From Candidatus Multivoradales bacterium (GTDB lineage: Bacteria; Acidobacteriota; Thermoanaerobaculia; Multivoradales; Multivoraceae): a stretch of DNA of 64,000 nt. A program made the translations under genes and the position numbers. Location of the stretch: NCBI GenBank assembly GCA_965223325.1, contig CBDCWI010000002.1:2496001-2560000 (forward strand), read 5' to 3'. Shown piece by piece: positions 62,101-64,000 of the stretch. The notes below the pieces were generated by a model. It had not been told where the DNA came from, ran no database searches, and was given only the letters and a program-made list of their open reading frames with translations. Every line of letters begins with the position of its first letter. The stretch's first letter is position 1.

Positions 62101-62222
62101 AGGGCTTCGCATGGGATCAAGGCTTCGCATGGGACCAGGGCTTCGCATGGGACCAGGGCTTCCTGTGGAGCGAGAGTCTCAGCGAGCCGGCGTCGATCAA
62201 CACCTGGGTGCCGCAGGAATAG
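59142..62222 (+). CDS. Secreted S8 (subtilisin-like) serine peptidase with two inserted beta-sandwich repeats and a Trp-repeat tail
   Basis: Signal peptide; catalytic triad FVDTGI / GHGSHIA / SGTSQAA; oxyanion SAGN; two DDxEE...SSDLE...GLRF...IP.GA.I repeats; (QGFAWD)8 tail. Confidence 0.93.
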   Translation: MRAHRLTILILAGCLATFAGAQSPPVTAVTDGPQPPTAAGPEHDALSQRYIVLAPDSRTAEHFVEAVGGRTSHVFRVLRGVGADLTLAQTEELSRLPGFRVIADRQVHAQALRSQNVRMTRQIAYGADDAEEKLSTGGVDLGSSDLELATDYSDQMIGLRFQDVQIPQGATITNAYLEFESDNANDTNVSLEIRAQAADNATAFQSARHNLTDRPTTESVIPWTPEPWVESGLLYTSPAVTPIVQEVVDRGAWQAGNSLVVLISGHGIRRAQSFEGKQSGATTLVVDYESPAEETTGGFGGGPGGGFGDEPLATGETHTIAAYILRGADDVEENLSTGEVHINSSDLEMSFDGSRQQLVGLRFDDLPIPAGAKIDMAWLEFRADETNSAPASVLIHAEATADSWSFEDLDYAVSMRPKSTTSKTWTPVPWPEVGAAYPSEDIGPIIQEIVSRKGWRAGNALTLLLTGSGRRTAESFDGGDTPPILRVQYQGVAPTMADVAAGACGKVPGTGASDLRVVALDFDGTTEIEVKVRDGRPHAPLLVDGKMVGCLDKYGDLETKHFAFHIDACHVTVSDGATHLEVEAEDCVAWRDTFYPTLVDAARLHQQGTLGRTSIAFVDTGIANAHDWGQISYDVVAFYDAIADRTHSDQGAFDDAGHGSHIAAVAAGRGVTAEGLYNAVAPAAQIVAVRAFDADGSGSYLDVIRGIEWTIQNASRYGIRVLNLSFSAPVQSFYWDDPLNMAVMAAWDAGLVVVASAGNHGPDPMTIGVPGNVPYVITVGAISDAYTPDDSSDDFLTTFSAAGPTFERFVKPDVVAPGGHMLGLMDFQDTLARTHPEFHDGPRGVPYFTMSGTSQAAAVVSGIAALMLDDEPTLSPDDVKCRLMATARPALAGDGSLAYSVFQQGAGLVNALDAVRTSVTGCANQGLNIGHDLSGAQHYGGLANQDEYGNYVLEGVQGFAWDQGFAWDQGFAWDQGFAWDQGFAWDQGFAWDQGFAWDQGFAWDQGFLWSESLSEPASINTWVPQE
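62010..62171 (+). repeat. 18-bp coding tandem repeat: (QGFAWD)x8 plus QGFLWS
   Basis: CARGGCTTYGCMTGGGAY x8; differences among the eight copies are only at synonymous third positions. Confidence 0.97.
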
Positions 62223-62439
62223 ACAGAGGCCGCCCCCACGAAGGGAGCCGCGGTTTCGCAACCAGCTCGAGACCCATTGAACGAGACCCTCGTTCGCGGT
62301 GAGTCGTGTGCGCGCACCCTCGCACAATCCCAAGGGAGTTCCTCCGAAACCAGCGCCATGTGCTGTAATGAGGAGCATTAGGTCCAATTGATGGCTGCTC
62401 CCTCCTCGCGGAGGCCTGAAGCCTTCCGGGAGGAATACC

Positions 62440-63957
62440 GTGACGAAAGCGGCCGCTCGCGTCCCTGCCACCATCTTCGTGATCGGGTTGCTTCTCCAAT
62501 CAGTTGCCGGCGCCGGTGCCGGCGCCGAGGAGATTCGCCCTGGGGTTTTGAGGACCCCTGATGCGCGCTTCGAGAACCTCCCCGGTTTCGACTTCGAGCC
62601 TCGCTACCGCGAGATCAACGGCTATCGCGTGCACTACCTCGACGAGGGCCCGGCGAACGGTGAGGTGGTGCTCTTGATCCATGGTGAGCCGACCTGGTCG
62701 TACCTCTATCGCAAGATGATTCCGGTGCTCAGCGCCGCCGGCTATCGCAGCATCGTTCCGGACCTGATCGGCTTCGGCCGTTCCGACAAACCGGTCTCGA
62801 TGGACACCCACACCTATTCCTTCCACGTCGATGCCATGGCGCAGCTGACGAAGGAGCTCGAGCTTCGCGATGTCACCCTCTTTGGGCAGGACTGGGGTGG
62901 GCTCATCGGCCTACGGGTGGCGGCGGAGAACGAAGCGCTCTTCGCGCGCATCGTGGTTGCCAACACGGGGCTACCGATCGGCCGGGCGGAGTCGCTCGAG
63001 GCCCTGCCAGCAGACAGCGCTTTCGTTCAGTGGAAGAAGACCAACCAGGCAATGATTGACCGTGGCGACATGGCGGTGGGCCAGCTCGTCGCCCGCAGCT
63101 CGGGCGACCCGACGGTCGCCGCGGCCTACGATGCACCGTTCCCCGAACCGCGCTACAAAGCAGGTCCCCTGATCATGCCGCAGCGGGTGCCGATGTTTCA
63201 GAACGACCCGGCCAACGAGGCCAACCGTCGGGCATGGGAGGTCTTCTCTCAGTGGAGGAAGCCCTTTCTCACCGCCTTCAGCGACAGCGACCCGGTCACT
63301 CGCGGCGGCTACGCTGTCTTCCAGGATCGGGTTCCGGGCGCGAAGGGCCAGAAGCACACCACGATCGTTGGAGCGGGCCACTTCCTTCAGGAGCAGAAGG
63401 GCCCCGAGCTCGCCCGGGTAATCACCCAGTTCATCGCCGACAACCCGTTGCCAACCAAGCAGGCAAGTGTGACGGCCGACGACATTCCGGTCGCCAAGAC
63501 GCCACCCGGCTACTGGAAGGCCATGCCGGCACCAGTCCTCGCCCGTTGCAACGAGCCGCTCTCCAAAGACGCGATCGATATGCGCGGTACCTGGAAGGTG
63601 GTCGAGGTCGAGGCTGGGGGCGCAGCGGCGGAGCGCTTCCTGGGCAATCTGCAGCGCATCGAGCAGTGCGGCAACCGGGTGGTGATTTCGTCCGGCGGTG
63701 TTACCCACGACATGCGTGCCGACGGCACCTATGAGAATGGCGTCAACGACGTCGGAGCGCCTTCAACCGGCGGCCGGGAGATCTCGGTGGCGGCGAGTTT
63801 CGAGAACAGTGTGCACGTTCTGCGCCCTCAGGGAATGCCCGGCATGACGGTCGAACGTGAACTGAGGGACGGTGATTTGATCTGGCGCTACGGCCCAACG
63901 ATCACCCTGCGCCTGAAACGTGTTGACCATGCGAATAAAGCGAACGAATCGAGCTGA
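62440..63957 (+). CDS. Haloalkane dehalogenase (HLD-I-like) with signal peptide and fused C-terminal domain
   Basis: LRTPDARF, HGEPTWSYLYRKMI, PDLIGFGRSDKP, QDWGGLIG, FSDSDPVT, GAGHFLQE; about 160 extra C-terminal residues; GGAGG RBS. Confidence 0.9.
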   Translation: MTKAAARVPATIFVIGLLLQSVAGAGAGAEEIRPGVLRTPDARFENLPGFDFEPRYREINGYRVHYLDEGPANGEVVLLIHGEPTWSYLYRKMIPVLSAAGYRSIVPDLIGFGRSDKPVSMDTHTYSFHVDAMAQLTKELELRDVTLFGQDWGGLIGLRVAAENEALFARIVVANTGLPIGRAESLEALPADSAFVQWKKTNQAMIDRGDMAVGQLVARSSGDPTVAAAYDAPFPEPRYKAGPLIMPQRVPMFQNDPANEANRRAWEVFSQWRKPFLTAFSDSDPVTRGGYAVFQDRVPGAKGQKHTTIVGAGHFLQEQKGPELARVITQFIADNPLPTKQASVTADDIPVAKTPPGYWKAMPAPVLARCNEPLSKDAIDMRGTWKVVEVEAGGAAAERFLGNLQRIEQCGNRVVISSGGVTHDMRADGTYENGVNDVGAPSTGGREISVAASFENSVHVLRPQGMPGMTVERELRDGDLIWRYGPTITLRLKRVDHANKANESS

Positions 63958-63978
63958 GACTCGGACAGGGAAACGAAA

Positions 63979-64000
63979 ATGAAGCACAAGAAGAACCAAC
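63979..64000 (+). CDS. Possible start of the next gene (MKHKKNQ...)
   Basis: ATG 22 nt after the dehalogenase stop, with a purine-rich upstream region; only 7 codons visible. Confidence 0.3.

Noticed and set aside
62010-62171. RiPP precursor or slippage-driven DNA VNTR
   Set aside because: No tailoring enzymes are in the window. Synonymous divergence among the copies points to protein-level selection rather than recent slippage. Retained only as the signalling hypothesis.

Overview
GC-rich bacterial DNA, most likely Acidobacteriota. This is an inference from an ADOP-type duplicated permease, Ser/Thr kinase-PD40 genes and Acidobacteria-type hypotheticals. The first ~33 kb is mostly core genome: serA, namZ, moaC, hup, rsmB-fmt-ftsK-rsmA, lat and pcd, mqnA-like, rho, engB, lon-clpX-clpP-tig, tRNA-Leu and tRNA-Lys. 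The rest is a plastic accessory region: MerR-Cu ATPase, ADOP permease, ECF sigma-kinase module, tdh-kbl, heme oxygenase, Y_Y_Y-GGDEF, S8 peptidase, haloalkane dehalogenase and several gene remnants. Most striking signal: a 6-unit 134/140-bp structured tandem array between lon and engB, in which every unit carries a copy of the engB start region. This makes a chain of five ATGA-coupled mini-ORFs ending on the engB start codon. Other highlights: an S8 peptidase with a putative sigma54 promoter and a (QGFAWD)x8 tail, divergent from a sensor diguanylate cyclase; a 166-bp MITE-like element that supplies the stop codon of a truncated kinase; and an unannotated 59-aa membrane ORF plus heme oxygenase behind an FNR-type box. 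All family assignments come from motif recognition only; no database search was run.
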